A DNA stretch of 63,601 nucleotides, counting the filler, from Choristocarpus tenellus KU-1152 (lineage: Eukaryota > Protista > Phaeophyceae): NCBI GenBank assembly GCA_964200185.2. It is 11 parts of 11 records of this genome, joined end to end, with 100 filler letters (N's around TTAATTAATTAA, not from the genome) between each part and the next. Parts side by side here need not be neighbours in the genome. Positions count along the whole stretch, not along the records: positions 14,962 to 29,521 come from CAXNAD020001161.1; positions 29,622 to 32,967 come from CAXNAD020020659.1; positions 33,068 to 42,178 come from CAXNAD020003972.1; 8 more parts are not named here. One strand, 5' to 3'. The notes under the pieces were generated by a model. That model saw only the letters and a list, made by a program, of their open reading frames with translations, had not been told where the DNA came from and ran no database searches. Positions 22,501-36,100 of this stretch are shown piece by piece (position 1 is the first letter of the stretch; each line of letters starts with the position of its first letter). The position numbers were made by a program, and so were the translations under genes.

Positions 22501-25500
22501 TGCCAAGTCCTCATAGATCTTACCCAACTCAAATGATAGCTCTTTGTGGAGGTGTGTGTAAGCCTTGACCCCAAGGGCCTTGAGCAAAGGCTCCAGAGCC
22601 TGGGCTCTGCACAACACAGAGGGAGGAGTGTGGGAAAGGAGAAACAAACTGAGAGGTGTGGTTGAAGAGGTCGCTGTGCATCTACAAGTCTCAGCACAGA
22701 ATGGGGAGTGTTGGTCCCCTTCCACTTGGCAGCCTACCTTGAGTGAAGTCTAACAATTTTCCTACATCTAAGTTCCAGATTACTAAAAAGCAATAAAAAA
22801 GTAATACTGGAGGCAAGCCAAGGTCAACTAAAATAGGATTAGGACAAAAAGGTAGTGGACAGGGTACAAAAAGCAGCAGCCATACCTTGCCTTAACATAT
22901 TAGACTTGACATCTTATGGAGTCGAGAGGACACATTCGTCTTGCAATCCCTGTACTGCCCTCTAAATGTTTGTATCATTCTTTTTCTCAATATCTGTTGT
23001 CAAAAGCAGCGGGAGAACGCCCACCCTTCCTCCCCTCACCTCCCCCAGCTCCTTCTCCTTCACATCATAAAACACCACCTACCGAGTCCTTATAATCACT
23101 GCATGATCCATCACATTCCATTGCACTAAGCCAATAGGCTATTACTTTACCTTCGAACTTGCATGGCCTGCTTTCGCTTGATATCATCCTCAAAGGACGC
23201 CAGATATTGATATGCCCTGCTCATCCCTGTCACCAGGGAGACATGATCACTCACAAAGCCATCCATCACATAGTACTTAAGGGCTACGTCAGTGTGGATC
23301 TGTGGGAGGGGGGTCAAGACAGGAGGGGGGGGGGTTGGGCAAGGCAGAGAGGTAAGCATGTGGGAAACCCTTGGTGCATCAGCTTCACAGGCAGTCTATA
23401 TAGTGACATCTTCAGCTGTCCATCGTACTTACGTATGTAACATGAAGGGAGGTGCAACCACAGTGCATCAATGCATTACCTTGATCTTCTTGAACAACTC
23501 CCGAGCATCATCGAAACTACAAGACAGCTTTTGTGGGTCACTCAGAGGGAGCTCTCCACACTTGAGAGATGAGAAGCGCAGAACATCCTTGTCATTGTCA
23601 TTGTCCTCTGCTCCATTGTTCTCCACAATAGCATCAGGGCCGTCTGTACGCTGCATCCACTCATTATGCTTGGTCTACTACGTGGATTGGTGTCATTATG
23701 GGGACAACACAGCGTACATAGAGATGAGAGGGCAATGAGCAAGGTGTTGCATGGGGCCCAGAAGCTCAAGAGTTGGGAGGAAAGCTCCCTCAAGACCACA
23801 GCTGTAAAATGGCGCATGAAATCCCTGCACTTCTGCCTCAGTAATAGACCACCCTGTACTGATATTCTTCAACACTGAATGCAGTGTACACAGGTGTAAG
23901 ATGTCCTCCATCAAGCTCTTGTCGGCTCTCTCCAATATTGCTTGAGTGCTTGCACATGAACGACATAGGTGTGTCATGCTCCAAACACTCTCTTGCAATC
24001 TTTGGAGCAGACAACATGCAAACAATCGCAGTGAGAGAGGCCAGCAAGCAGAGCTCATAGCCCTCTGATTGCCTCCATACTACAAGACACTGATACAACT
24101 ATCAATCGATATCCTAAGTACAAAACATAGAATTAAAAGTGAAACTAAAAGCATTAACTGCAACATGCACTAATGATCAAAACTAGGCTCACCCTCCAGA
24201 ATACTCATACCACAAAGAGAGGTACTATCTGGGACACTGCTTTGGAGTACTACAGTAGTATCCCTCATTTTAATGTTTGGAGACATACACCTTTGGCAAG
24301 TAGTAGGATTAGTTTGAGGGGGGAAACATAAGCCAAGAGTATTCTGAAGAAAATAGGATGATAGAGACAAAGATCTCACCATGGACGGAAAGCCCTTTTC
24401 AAAATGTTCCAACACACAACTGTGCAAAATTTGTATCACATAGTACTCTCTTCACAACAACCAATTTCCATGGTGCTCCACAAGTGAGATATCACTCAAA
24501 TCCATGCAAAACATTATCATTTCTCCAAAAACGAATTTCACGATCAGTCAACTGAGGTGGGGGTGTGGTAGGAGGAAGGGACAGTGGCGGGTGAATGGCA
24601 AATCGGTTTACAACAAACATGGCTCCATATCACTAATGGAATTATAACATCCTGTTGAACCTGGGTTTCCCTCACAACCTCCCAAACCAATAGAAGAAAC
24701 ATGCCTCTCCTATCTCCCTCACCCTGTTCACTTCACTCTCTCTCCCCCTATCATTTCACTACCCAACCAGGTGTCAATCATACCTCCAAAATAAGAATGT
24801 ACAATTGTGCCATGTGCCTCTCCACATCTGACAGGCGTTCCTTCACCAATTCATCCCCCCTCCCTCCTTTCTCTTCCTCCGCAAGTCCCTCTTCCCCTCG
24901 CTCTTTCTCATCATACCCTTCTGATTTACACTCTCTGTCTCCTTCCTGATAAACACGCCTTCCTCGCACTTCTCTCAGCAGTACCGCCTGCAAGGTTGTG
25001 CATTGTACAAAGTTCATTGTACAAAGTGCATTGTACAAAGTTCATTGTACCTAGCGAAGGTCCTTGAGTGTGGTCCACAGGGAATTATGGTTTGGTGGCA
25101 GGCAAGGTCAGTTTATGGGGAACAGGAAAGGGGTAAATGGTTGCCCAAGCATGATCGATAGAAACAATTATTTCACATCGATGTACATTTTCCTAAATAG
25201 TGGGAAGTTTGGAGGTGCATTGTACTCCAGACCAATTATCTTGTAAGCATGTAAGTATGGCACGCATACATATCCACTATAGCCTTGGTCCTGTGTGAAC
25301 TCTCTGAACTTTCAAAGGGCAGAGAGGTACACCCTTAATACTTAGATCAGTTTTGCAATCCACTGGTAGTTTCTAAGTGGGATTAGGCAACCACCTCTCC
25401 CCCCTTCTACCTCCAGCGCACCAAGACAAAACTTGTCACAAAAGGTGTGAGATGATACCGCAATGAGGATGACACCCAACTCTTCAATTGTTGGTAGGAA

Positions 25501-28500
25501 TGAAAGCTTACATTTTTATCTCTACACAGAAAAATGGACTAAAGCGGCAATACATCTTATTTCTTAGGAACGGCCCTTACAAGTAGAATGCACTCTCTTT
25601 CTGAATACTCCTTTTCAAACAGATACAACCAAAAGTACAAAATGAGTCCACAACATTGTCTCAACATATCAAAGAGTCGTCCAATGCCACTTCCACAACA
25701 GAAAAAAATGCTCAACACACAAGACAGTGATGCTAGTCTTGGTCAAGAGCTAGATTGCAAAGGTTGACTTGACATGACAAAGTAGAGTGCACCCATCAAT
25801 CACACTTGAAAAAGAACAGGGGGAGGACTCACCTGACCAGCCATAAGGCTCTGACCCGCTGCCCTGAAGTTTGTGAGACGAGCGTAGTAGTTTGCTAGGA
25901 AACAGGCATTTCTACTCCACTCCAGGGGATCAAAGCAGAGGCTCTGGCCTACTCCATGGTGCTCTGCATCCAGCTGCCTCTGTGGAAGTGGACATGGTGT
26001 GATTACTCACTCAGCAGGAAGGATGCAAGGAAAGGCACAATGTTGACATAAACACAAAGCACACCCTTCAACCTGTTTAAAGGTAGCAGGACCAGCTGAT
26101 GTGATAATTATGGTGTAGTAGAAATCGACAGAGAAGGAGGGATGTGCTGGCACAGGGGGGGTCTGCCAGCAAACGAGGACATCAGCTGGACACAGCTAAC
26201 ATGGAAAGTGAATGCTGCAGTGGTTGCTTGGAGGACAATACTCCACACTTGTTGTGGTGTTGTACCTTCTATCTACTCCCACTGTTGAGCATAAAATTTC
26301 CAGTTCTTCCATTCACCTCTAGACTTTCACCAGGGACACAAATAAAGAAATAGTGGAGTCGGTGGTACGGTATGCCTGTGAAAAAATCTAATGATGGTAT
26401 GATAAATCAAAAGTATACCGTCAGCAGTATATCTGTGCATCAACGAAATAAAACCTATACCATCATACCGACCCATTGACCCCCCAATGTGCTATTGGCA
26501 GCAATCTCCGATTTGTCATCAACATCAGGGGGGTGCCAATAATTCAGCTGTACTTACTTCCCTGCCTCCCTCCCCCCGCCTCTCTCCTTCCATACCCCAT
26601 TTGGGAAGATGTGCACACACAACCATTGTAGGGGTCCTCACCTCAAGAGTTAGCGCACAGTACTTGGCTGACTGCTTCACCTCCCCTAAGCCTGAGTAAA
26701 CCTGGCAGGCGGTCGGTCTGATGTCACTTGCTGCACTCTCTATTGCATGCATGACCACTGCAGACACAAACAGACTGTGCCCAGGGTCAACAGGGTAATT
26801 TTTGTGCCGTTATCTTCACAAGGCTTGTAACCACTTTTCTTTTTCCCTTGACGACCAGGTGAACAGTGCTTGAATTAATGCAATTTTTTACACAGTACAA
26901 TTCCACTAAAAAACACACACACACACATTTGAAGTATATCACACCCTTTCCTCCAAGCAAATGGCGTTGAAGTGTCACAAGCCCTAATCTGGTGGTCATG
27001 TATACTACCACCCAGTTGAAAATGAATGCGGATCGTTCAGGGGGGGTGCATTGGAACCAGTTAAGTTTACTTTCCTAATCTGAATACCAATAACACCACC
27101 AGCAGTCAAGTATATAGTGAATGTTACACACTCATGAATCTATTGTCTTGATCACTTTAGGTTAGGGGGGTGGCATTCGGCAACTTACAAACACTGCAAG
27201 ACTTTCGAAAAATTACCTGTGCCAAGAAGTAGAAGGCGTGCGTCAGCAAACCCTCCATCTTCGCAGATTTTCCCCACCCATCAGCATTGCCTTCCTTCTT
27301 TGTGTCTCCTCCCTGTTGTTGGAAATCCTCCCCTTCTCTCAGACCCACTTCTTCACTTTTCCCATCTGCCAAAATTAACTGGCAAAAGGCAACTGAACTC
27401 AGGAGGAAAAGGAGCGATTTGCGCAAGCAGCTTCGATTTGACCACAGTACTCCCAGTTGAATCAGGGAGTCGGCAGCCTGAGAGAACGGATGTCATACAT
27501 TGGTCGCAAGGGGGGAAGATGAAGGAGAGGGTTCTTGGAAGACGAAACAGAGCGAAAGTATCTTAGAGGGTACGAGTTTCGCCCTGTTTGTCCATTTGAG
27601 GCTTGACTTTCCTTGGGGTTTTCATGATATTTTCCTACTCCAAAATATTTCGGAGTAGGTAAAATGTATACGTTATGAAAAGGTGGGTCTGGAACAAGGA
27701 TATTGACACTTCCTAATAAACACGATGGTCAAAATTACATCAAAATCGCAACATTGGATTTTGGACCCCAAATGGACACGGCTCTACCCTCTAAGATACT
27801 TTGCCTCAACAGGGAATCAGCACAAGTGTGTGAGATGGGGAATAATCAACAAGACCTTCAAAAAATATTGGCAGTATGCATCTGGCTGTTCCTTGCGTTT
27901 TGTTGGAACCGCAAAGCAGTCCATGAATTTCATAGTAATAACCTAATTTTGATCCTTTATGACTTTCCAGAATTGACATCCCCACACACTGCATCCACTT
28001 CCTTCATAATCCTCACCTCGAACGGATAAGCTTGAGTCACGGGCGTTGATCTGATGATTCCTCCAGGCGCCTCTGTGGGGATGGGGAGATGTAGTCCATC
28101 AACAACATCACTTGTCTCGTCGCCAGCCTTTTCCTCCACCACCGCCCTAACTCCTGGGAAGAAGACCTCCTGCTCTAGCGACGAGCAGTGAGGTATTGTT
28201 CCTAGGTTATTCAGTGCTTAAATAGTGCAAGTGCAGACAAGGAAATCAGGGAGTTGATAGGGGCAAATAGTAATGCCAGAATCCAGTCGCACCCTCCACC
28301 ACTACGCACTCCCCAGATTGCAACATACCTCACTATACGTTATTCTCTCCAAACAGCAAAATAATTGACAATGTCTGAAGTCGAAGATTCCGTCAATACC
28401 TGGAACGACAGAGTGCATTGACTTGCAAAAATTTCAACTTTCGAATTTGGGGAGACAGTTGGGTAGATGGCATGCCAAATTACATACCAGGCAAGCATCA

Positions 28501-29207
28501 AGGCTGCTCTCTGCAGCAGCGTTTTCCTCCACAGCCAGGGAGATAACACCAAGGCGATAGTCTATCAATGCCACCTGCATACCCAGTCATTATCCAAAGG
28601 CAGTCACCACATCGTGTCACAAAATGGAGGGGTGCAGGGCCTAAGGTAAGCTCTTCTGCTTGCCAAAAATGCACTCTTCGTCGCGTCAACTTCAACCAAG
28701 TTATCATTAATCTAACAAAATAGCATGGGTCTTTAGACATGCATTGTCGAAGATAAAGTTGAGGTTCAACTAAACTCTACTGCAACAACTCTTCCTCAAA
28801 CCAACGAACTGAAAGTTCTTCGGCAAAACGTCACCCCGACACCAAGGACCCATCTTCTCAAAGGATACCGAGGCCTTCACTATAAATAGTTGGTTGTCAA
28901 TACAAAATCCACATGGCGAGTGCCTCAGAATTGACTGCTCAATCGTTCCGCCTTATATGTTTCAAGTAACAAGACTTCAAGTGGTAAACCTCTCACATCG
29001 CACCTCGTTGGCACATAGGGTCAAAGCAACCTTGGCCTTTAAGAGCTCGTCACGTGCTTTGTACTTGGATCGGAAGGGTTCCTCGTTCGGATCTCCCGCA
29101 CTGTTGCACAGTTTATCCGCTATTGCAAAGGTTCGGCCAAGATCGCTCTCTGGACCCAAGGCGGGTGCTAGGCACCCACCTGAAATCTCCCTGTCAAATT
29201 CGGACAT
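19586..29207 (-). CDS. KIFBP: KIF-binding protein (KIF1BP/KBP family), ~13 exons, apparently complete
   Basis: Exon translations DPNEEPFRSKYKARDELL (29004-29207), LIDYRLGVISL, LGVLWSNR..THAFYFLAQ, VYSGLGEVKQSAKYCALTLE/RQL..FDPLEWSRNA, SFDDARELF, YYVMDGFVSDHV..YQYLASFEDDIKRKQAMQVRR, ELSFELGKIYEDLADLK, YLRARFHRARLMGK, ELELAKEM. These follow the KBP motif order with GT-AG junctions. Confidence 0.9.
27550..27807 (+). mobile_element. MITE family A in a KIFBP intron
   Basis: AAAGTATCTTAGAGGGTA...TACCCTCTAAGATACTTT TIRs; AAC on both flanks with one extra base on the left. Confidence 0.95.
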
Positions 29208-31395
29208 ACAAATCCTAGTGTGTTGGAGGATCAGATATGTGTGGGCTTGATGTAAGTGTGGGATACTTTCAATACAGTACCTACCCCGATTTTATACCGA
29301 CTATTATGTACCAAACCCATTTTGTACCGTTTTTTCGACATACAAAAAAAAATAGGCTTTTGTACCGGAATTCTCGTATTCGGGCGACTTGGTACAAACT
29401 CCCAGAGATATTCACGCGAGATTGGCGCGCGCGTAAAAATTTATCACGAAAAGTGCCTTTCTTCCTGAGTCATGACCACACAGCAGTACAGTACGTTGCA
29501 GGTAGGGGAATAAAGTGGAAGNNNNNNNNNNNNNNNNNNNNNNNNNNNNNNNNNNNNNNNNNNNNTTAATTAATTAANNNNNNNNNNNNNNNNNNNNNNN
29601 NNNNNNNNNNNNNNNNNNNNNTTTGGTTCCATAAGTAGGATGGATAATGAAAGTGCACTTTTCCTGGTTTTGGTCCAAATGGACACTCTGGTGTAGATCC
29701 CCCCCCCCCCAGATACTTTGGGTCTCATTTTCGTGCGTCACCTTTTGCCATTGAGGTCAGAGCAAATAATGTGGTGTGGGTCAGACGCACAACCAGCTCA
29801 GGGTATCCCCGACATGAACGGTGGATTCAAACTAGCAAAGCCCAAGATTGTGTTTTCTGTTCTGACTGGCCACAACCAATCACAGTGAAGGTTGAACCAC
29901 ATGCCACTCACTCTGACTCTGTCAATAAGCACCTACATGCCTCAGTCTCATATATCATCTTTCACTTCCTTTCTGAACCTCATCTTCAGTGGTTCTCATC
30001 ACCCCCCATCACACAGAACCAGGCCCCTTTAATAGTGGTATTCACGCTGATCTGTGTTGGGGCGTTACCAGAGATGTAGGATCACGCCAATAATGGCGGA
30101 TAAGAAGGAAGTGCAACCAACTCAAAAGATTGCTGACCCTGGTCAGGAAACCGAGACAACTTCGAGAAATAAAGCACCATCAGAGAAGCATAAGGTTGAG
30201 AGGAAGGATAATCCAATATCCCGAAATGTGGAGACCCTGAGTCCCGTCAAAACGGCTAGTCACACCCTTAGCAGTTCGCTTCGATACGATGGCTGTGTCC
30301 AATGCCTGGGCGACGGCTTCAACGTAACCCGGGCCAGACCCTCTATCAAGCGTCGGTCGAAGGTGACGAGCACAAGGAGGACCGGAAGTTCGATATCCAT
30401 GGCAACTTCCTCCGTTCAACTCAAGTTGTCGCATATGTCCAACACGGTTTTGGAGTTGGAGAGTGTGGAGATCAGCCTCACTGTTTCGACCCTGTAAAGG
30501 ATAAACCAGCAAGACAAGATGAGTATGTTGTCCCACCCTATTCTGATCACATTCCCTGGGACTGTGTACTTGATCCCTTGATCATGATACATATTTCTCA
30601 CAATTGCTTACCCCCATGAGTTCTGGAGGACAGGATTTTTCCTATTCCCCTGTTCCCAAATTTCAAAAATGGGTTAGACCTTTCCCTCACGCGTATCTAC
30701 AACAACCACAAAGTGCATTCGATTGGTCAACTTTTATCGGCGATCAAAGAACGTACTACCCTCTCAGAAATCTCTATTATTTCTCCCATGAACCCCTGCA
30801 GGATAACATAGAACCACAGGAAGAGAGAGTGAGAAATGAGGGTATTTAGGGATGCCCTGCTGATTCTGTTTCTCCAGAATAACTAAGGATAAGGCACAAA
30901 TGTGGTACGATATTGAAGGTCTTGTTGCTAGGTTGGAAAATACTGAAGAAACTACAAAACTAGGCCCCCTTAACGCTAGTATTAATTGTGACATGAGGAT
31001 ACCCCTCACCCTAACCAATTCATATATACGCATAATTGATTTGGGTCCTGTGTATTGCCACACGTCCTTCTACTTGTTCATAAAAATATTGAACATGTGT
31101 ATTTGGAGATGGGTTGTAGGGTTGATACTTTGATCTTCCGCTAAGGTGTAGCCTTAGCTGAGTGGATCGTCGGGGGGAATTCTGTGACTTATTGGTGGAC
31201 GTTCAAATCGATCAGTTTGGGTGTTGTCTAGGGTATCGTCGGTGGCAACGTAGATGGTGGGCATCACTCCATTTCATCAAAGTTGATTCAAGTTGACTGC
31301 TTATTGGGAATTTGTCCAGCTGCTCACGAAATAATCCATCTCAAGGGCAAACATGCTGGGTATTCTAATGAAAAAATCGTGAAGGAATCCAATTC

Positions 31396-31668
31396 AAAAC
31401 TCCGTTTTGAAATCGGAGGTCATCCCGAAGAGTTACACATGCGCAAAAGAACAGACATATGGGACAGAGAGAGTATTAACGTTCCAAAACACAAACGATG
31501 AGTAGCCTATGTTTCAACACGGTCAGACCTTCCTATACTCTTCAAATATAACTCATCTTACATAAAATGTTCCGAGGAACCCAACGAAAAAATCCGTTTT
31601 GAAATCGGAGGTCATTCCGAAGAGGTACATGCATAAAGGAACAGACTTATGGAACAGAAGGAGTATAT
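31396..31668 (+). repeat. Imperfect ~80-bp direct repeat pair (31396-31478 and 31589-31668)
   Basis: TCCGTTTTGAAATCGGAGGTCATYCCGAAGAG...AACAGAC.TATGG occurs twice. Confidence 0.85.
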
Positions 31669-31800
31669 ATATTGCCTCTAACATCAACCCGAACAATAAA
31701 AAAGAAAAAAGCAATCTACACATACATCAAATTATTATTATTATGTAACACGTGAAGAGTCTCTCCAAGAAGAGTTCATACACATGTGACTCGAAAAATG

Positions 31801-31862
31801 GGTTAGGGCTAGAGCCAGGGCTAAGGCCAGGGCTAAGGCCAGGGCTAGGGTTAGAGTTAGGC
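31801..31862 (+). repeat. Interstitial telomere-like (TTAGGG variant) tract; others near 10410-10435, 47431-47460, 48765-48810, 58053-58068, 60235-60280
   Basis: GGGTTAGGGCTAGAGCCAGGGCTAAGGCCAGGG...GGGTTAGAGTTAGG. Confidence 0.75.
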
Positions 31863-31887
31863 TCAAAAATACATCTACTAAATACTA

Positions 31888-32967
31888 CAGTATCCGCGCT
31901 AAATGGAGCACAAAGATGTCGTGGCCAATCGTTGGGTGTGAAAAAGTGATCTGGCCAATCATTGAGCGCTACCGGGTGATCATTGGGTTAACTGTGACAT
32001 ACGGATGAACTTGGTCCGAGAAAAAAATGGGTAGTGCATGTGAGAATAAATTGGTATGTCAACACAAAATATACATACACTGAGGAAACAAAACGCTAAA
32101 CGAAGAATTTGTGTTTGTGTCTTGGCATATTTTTAATGCAGTTGTCCCAACTTCATGTTGGTAAAGATAATATACATTTTTATCATATGCTGGACGCCGA
32201 CCACGAGGTATTCCATCAGTACGATTATTCTCAAATGCGCAAGAATTTGATGCATTGAAACACAGAACAAAATGGTACACTAACAAGTCAAACCATCTCA
32301 CTCTCTAGCGTAGCACAATGCTTGTGATATTATATATATATATACTTGAGAAAAGAAATGAAGGTAGACTTCACTCTGAAAAGCATTGAACCTGTTATAA
32401 TTTTGTTGCCCACCTTACATACACATATACACATATGTATGTAATATATTTGCAGGAGGAGACATAAGCGTGGTGTGTGCGCCCTCCATGGTGAACACGG
32501 TCCATGTGGTTGAAACCTGGTTTTACATGATGACTGATGGGGAAAGGGTTAGGGTATTCCCGCATGAGGATGATAGCGACCTTCCATGGTCCCCTACTGT
32601 GCAGCACAAGAGTCATATCCCTCAAACCATGATCATTGCAGCCAACGCTCGCCCAGATTCGGCTCACAGCTTTGATGGAAAGCTTGGTGTTTGGCTTGTG
32701 TGTGCGCCAAAAACGGCAGACAAGACAAGCAAGAACCATAAAAAGGGGGATGTGTATGAGCAGGACTGTACTTTAGACCATTTGTAGTACAGAAAGTGGT
32801 ACATGGGGGAGTTACTGCCAGCAATCAAGACCAAGATGCCTTGGTTGCAGGGGAAGCGCGTTGTCGTTCAGCAAGATGGTGCCACCCCCCACACGGGCAA
32901 GGGCAACTGAGAAATCTTGTCAGGGACAGGGAAGACTGAGGGGTAGTCGATTAGGCTTGTGACGCAG
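31888..32967 (+). mobile_element. Tc1/mariner (DD39D-type) element, left part, with pseudogenised transposase at 32457-32967
   Basis: Probable TA|CAGTATCCGCGCTAAATGGAGCAC left end. Translation TVHVVETWFY, QHKSHIPQTMIIAANARPD...FDGKLGVW, LLPAIKTKMPWLQGKRVVVQQDGATPHTGKGN, with in-frame stops; cut by the contig end. Confidence 0.9.
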
Positions 32968-33134
32968 NNNNNNNNNNNNNNNNNNNNNNNNNNNNNNNNN
33001 NNNNNNNNNNNTTAATTAATTAANNNNNNNNNNNNNNNNNNNNNNNNNNNNNNNNNNNNNNNNNNNNCCCCCCAGATACTTTGAGCTTGGAACGCCTTGC
33101 CCTGCTCTCCAACTGTGTTTCCCCTTCCCCACAG

Positions 33135-36100
33135 ATCGAGACCTCACAAAGACAGATCGAAGAGCGAGCGGCATCAACCATACAGGTTTGCTCTTTCTAC
33201 TCCATTTCGATGACTTTCCGAGTTTTGTCGATGCCTAAATCATGTCCAACAAGATAGTAATGTGCCCACCAACAATTATCCTGTCATTGAATTTTCCTTC
33301 CCCTGCTTTGTGTTGGCTTCAGGAGTATTGGACCAGGTATAAAAACAGAAGGTCAAAGAAAGCAGCTGGGTTTTCTTCCGCTGTTCATGCAGCTGCCTTC
33401 TCCATTCAAATGAAGTTTCTTCACCACAAGAAGACTGTGAGATTTACACCATAATTGGGCGTTTTCCAAAACCCCTTCTTGTTGGATTGTAATAAAGATG
33501 GAGAGCGTAGATAGGTAAATGCTGTAGTTGATCAGAGAATTAATAGCAAGACATGTGCCTTTGTTTCCCTTGAACCTAATTCTTGCGGATCAGGCTTGTG
33601 TCGTGCTTGAACCAGGTTGTAGCTTGTGAGGCAGCAAGTACACACAAGAAAACAATAGAATGCATTCAAGGCAACAGCAATAATAGGTAGGTTTTACTTT
33701 ATTTTTTTTCCTGATGGTGGGAAAGAACTTAGACGCATTTTAAAAGTCTTAGGAAACAGAGGAGTTAAACCATTTCTTCCACCTCCTGGTAGCAGTGGTC
33801 AACTTCACCGCAACAACACCCAGTGCCAGCAATTGAACGTGCAAAGGGAAGTTGTATGAAAAAACCTATCGCCAATCCAAACCTTCAAGACCAGGTAACC
33901 TTTTTCGAGAAGGGCACCACAAATGGGAAGGGGAAGGGACATGAGAAAGCGAAAGAGCACCTGTTTTAAGCAACAAACCTGGAGACTTTTCACATGGTTG
34001 TCGAGGACCCCAAAAGATATTATGTTTTTTTATAACTCATGTTTTCACTCTGATTTGGATAGATGCCGTGGACTATACATTGGAATATGTCGTGGTCAAA
34101 GTGAGAAGATGAGTTATGGAAAACATATTTCTTTTGGGGTCCCCGATAATCTGTTAAAGAGTGAACAGGTTTGTTGCAATGTATTCAATAGCTCTGCATT
34201 TGCTCAAGTCCCTTCCCCTTGCTGTTATTAGTGCCCTTCTTGGAGAAAAGAGGTGAACTTGATCTGAAAAGTCTGGATCAGTGACAGGTCAGGGATCATA
34301 CCGTTTCCGATTGTACCTTCCTTTCCAGTTGGTGTTGGATGATGTTGAAACGAAGTTGACCATTACTTCTTCCTTCCCCACTGTAGGTGTCTTTCAAATT
34401 GTTTATCAAATTTATCAAATTTATCAAATTTATCAAATTTATCAAATTTATCAAATTGTTTTATCATAATTTGATCACACCGCACCTAGAGGTCTAACTG
34501 GTCATCAAAGGATCAATGACCTTGATATAATTGAGAGTGTTCATCTTTTAACACAGGCATCTCTTGTTCCCCCCACTGGTACTGTGTATAGTAACCCTAA
34601 CCCCATAGCTGCTCTATTAATCTAGAATGCTCTAGACAAGCTATGCAATGACTCCACATCCTTCACCTTTGACATATGGAACTGACGGTCAAGGAGCTGC
34701 AGTCTGGAATGGTAGCTTGTTTTAGGCTCTAGGTAATCAGTATGCTAACTCCAAGCTGTGATTTTCAGCTCCCCATACTCACTGAATACTTGCCTTGGGC
34801 CGATGATATTCCTACCTACCTCGAAAGATGTCATGGTGGAGGGCAAGGCAACTCAAGAAAGAGACCAAGGCTTGCACCGAGATTCAAAGAGTGTACTGGG
34901 GATACAGGTCAGATGATGGGCTGTGAACTCCTCATATAAAATCTTTTCATCACAATTTTAATGTAATATGGATAAATACAGATGAAGGATGTTGGTAGTG
35001 CACAACCACAACACAACATACAAATACAGGGGGGTAGGGCAATTATACTTGGAATTGCTCAATGCGTATATGCTATTGAAGAACACACATTTCTCAATCA
35101 CTACTTTTGCTTCTGAAATTTCAATTCAGAGCTCGGTAAAAACAAGCGTGGTTTAGGTCATATCTAGGGATTATGCCATCTCACCAACTCTGTGGAATAT
35201 GCTGTGACTACTTCATGAGTCCCTGAATTATGTGTGCAGGATTCCAAGGCATCAAAATGAAGAAAACTAAAGTATCATATTTTTATAATTGCTGCTGATC
35301 TGAACCCCTAAAGAGTCTTGACCTGATGGCACCCATGAGCTTACATGTCCATTCCAAAGCTAATACATGGAGTACTTAGGTCAGCCGCCCACAACACCAA
35401 GGCCGAAAAGAAATAATGCCGATCGTGACTCTTTTGCAGGGCAAGGAAGGAAGCCAGTGCAATGAGAAGGGAGCTGGCAGCCCTGCAAGCCAAGGCCAGA
35501 TATGCAATTCCAATTCAGTCGCTCTTTCGAGGCTACATGACCCGAAGGGATGACCAGATTGTTAAGGTGACAGACAGATACAGAGGAATAGCTGGATATC
35601 ACCTCACAGCCAAAACATGGTAACCAATGGCTCCGCAGACTTTCGAATTGCAACGAGTTATAGCCTCCAAGTCCGTATCCTTCATACTTACAGTATGGCT
35701 CGAAATCAGCTGTAAGTTGTGAAGGTGACATAGCTCTGTGATCCTCCTTGTTCCTGACACTGCTATATACCCAGTCTCTCTGCCCCTTTTTGAGATGTCT
35801 AAGCATTCGGTCTCTTACATTTCTTATGAAGCCCTATTTCAATTGCTAACAGTAGAAGACTACAGTAGTATCATACATGGTCAGTGGAGGATACAGGGCA
35901 AAAGTACCCATGGTCTTAATGTGGCATACTGACCCCCAATTGATGAGAATACTTCTCTCCAATCAATGCCCTTTCCAACCTTGACTTTCGAGTAGTCCAT
36001 TGTCTGCGCTCCTCTTGCCTCTATTATGATTTGCCTGCACTCACATCTGTCTTGCAACTGTCTGTCTTAAACGGGAAACTGTGGGGTTCTGAACACTTAA

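Noticed and set aside
30054-31133. Gag-like or host gene ORFs
   Set aside because: No recognisable motifs or consistent splice structure.
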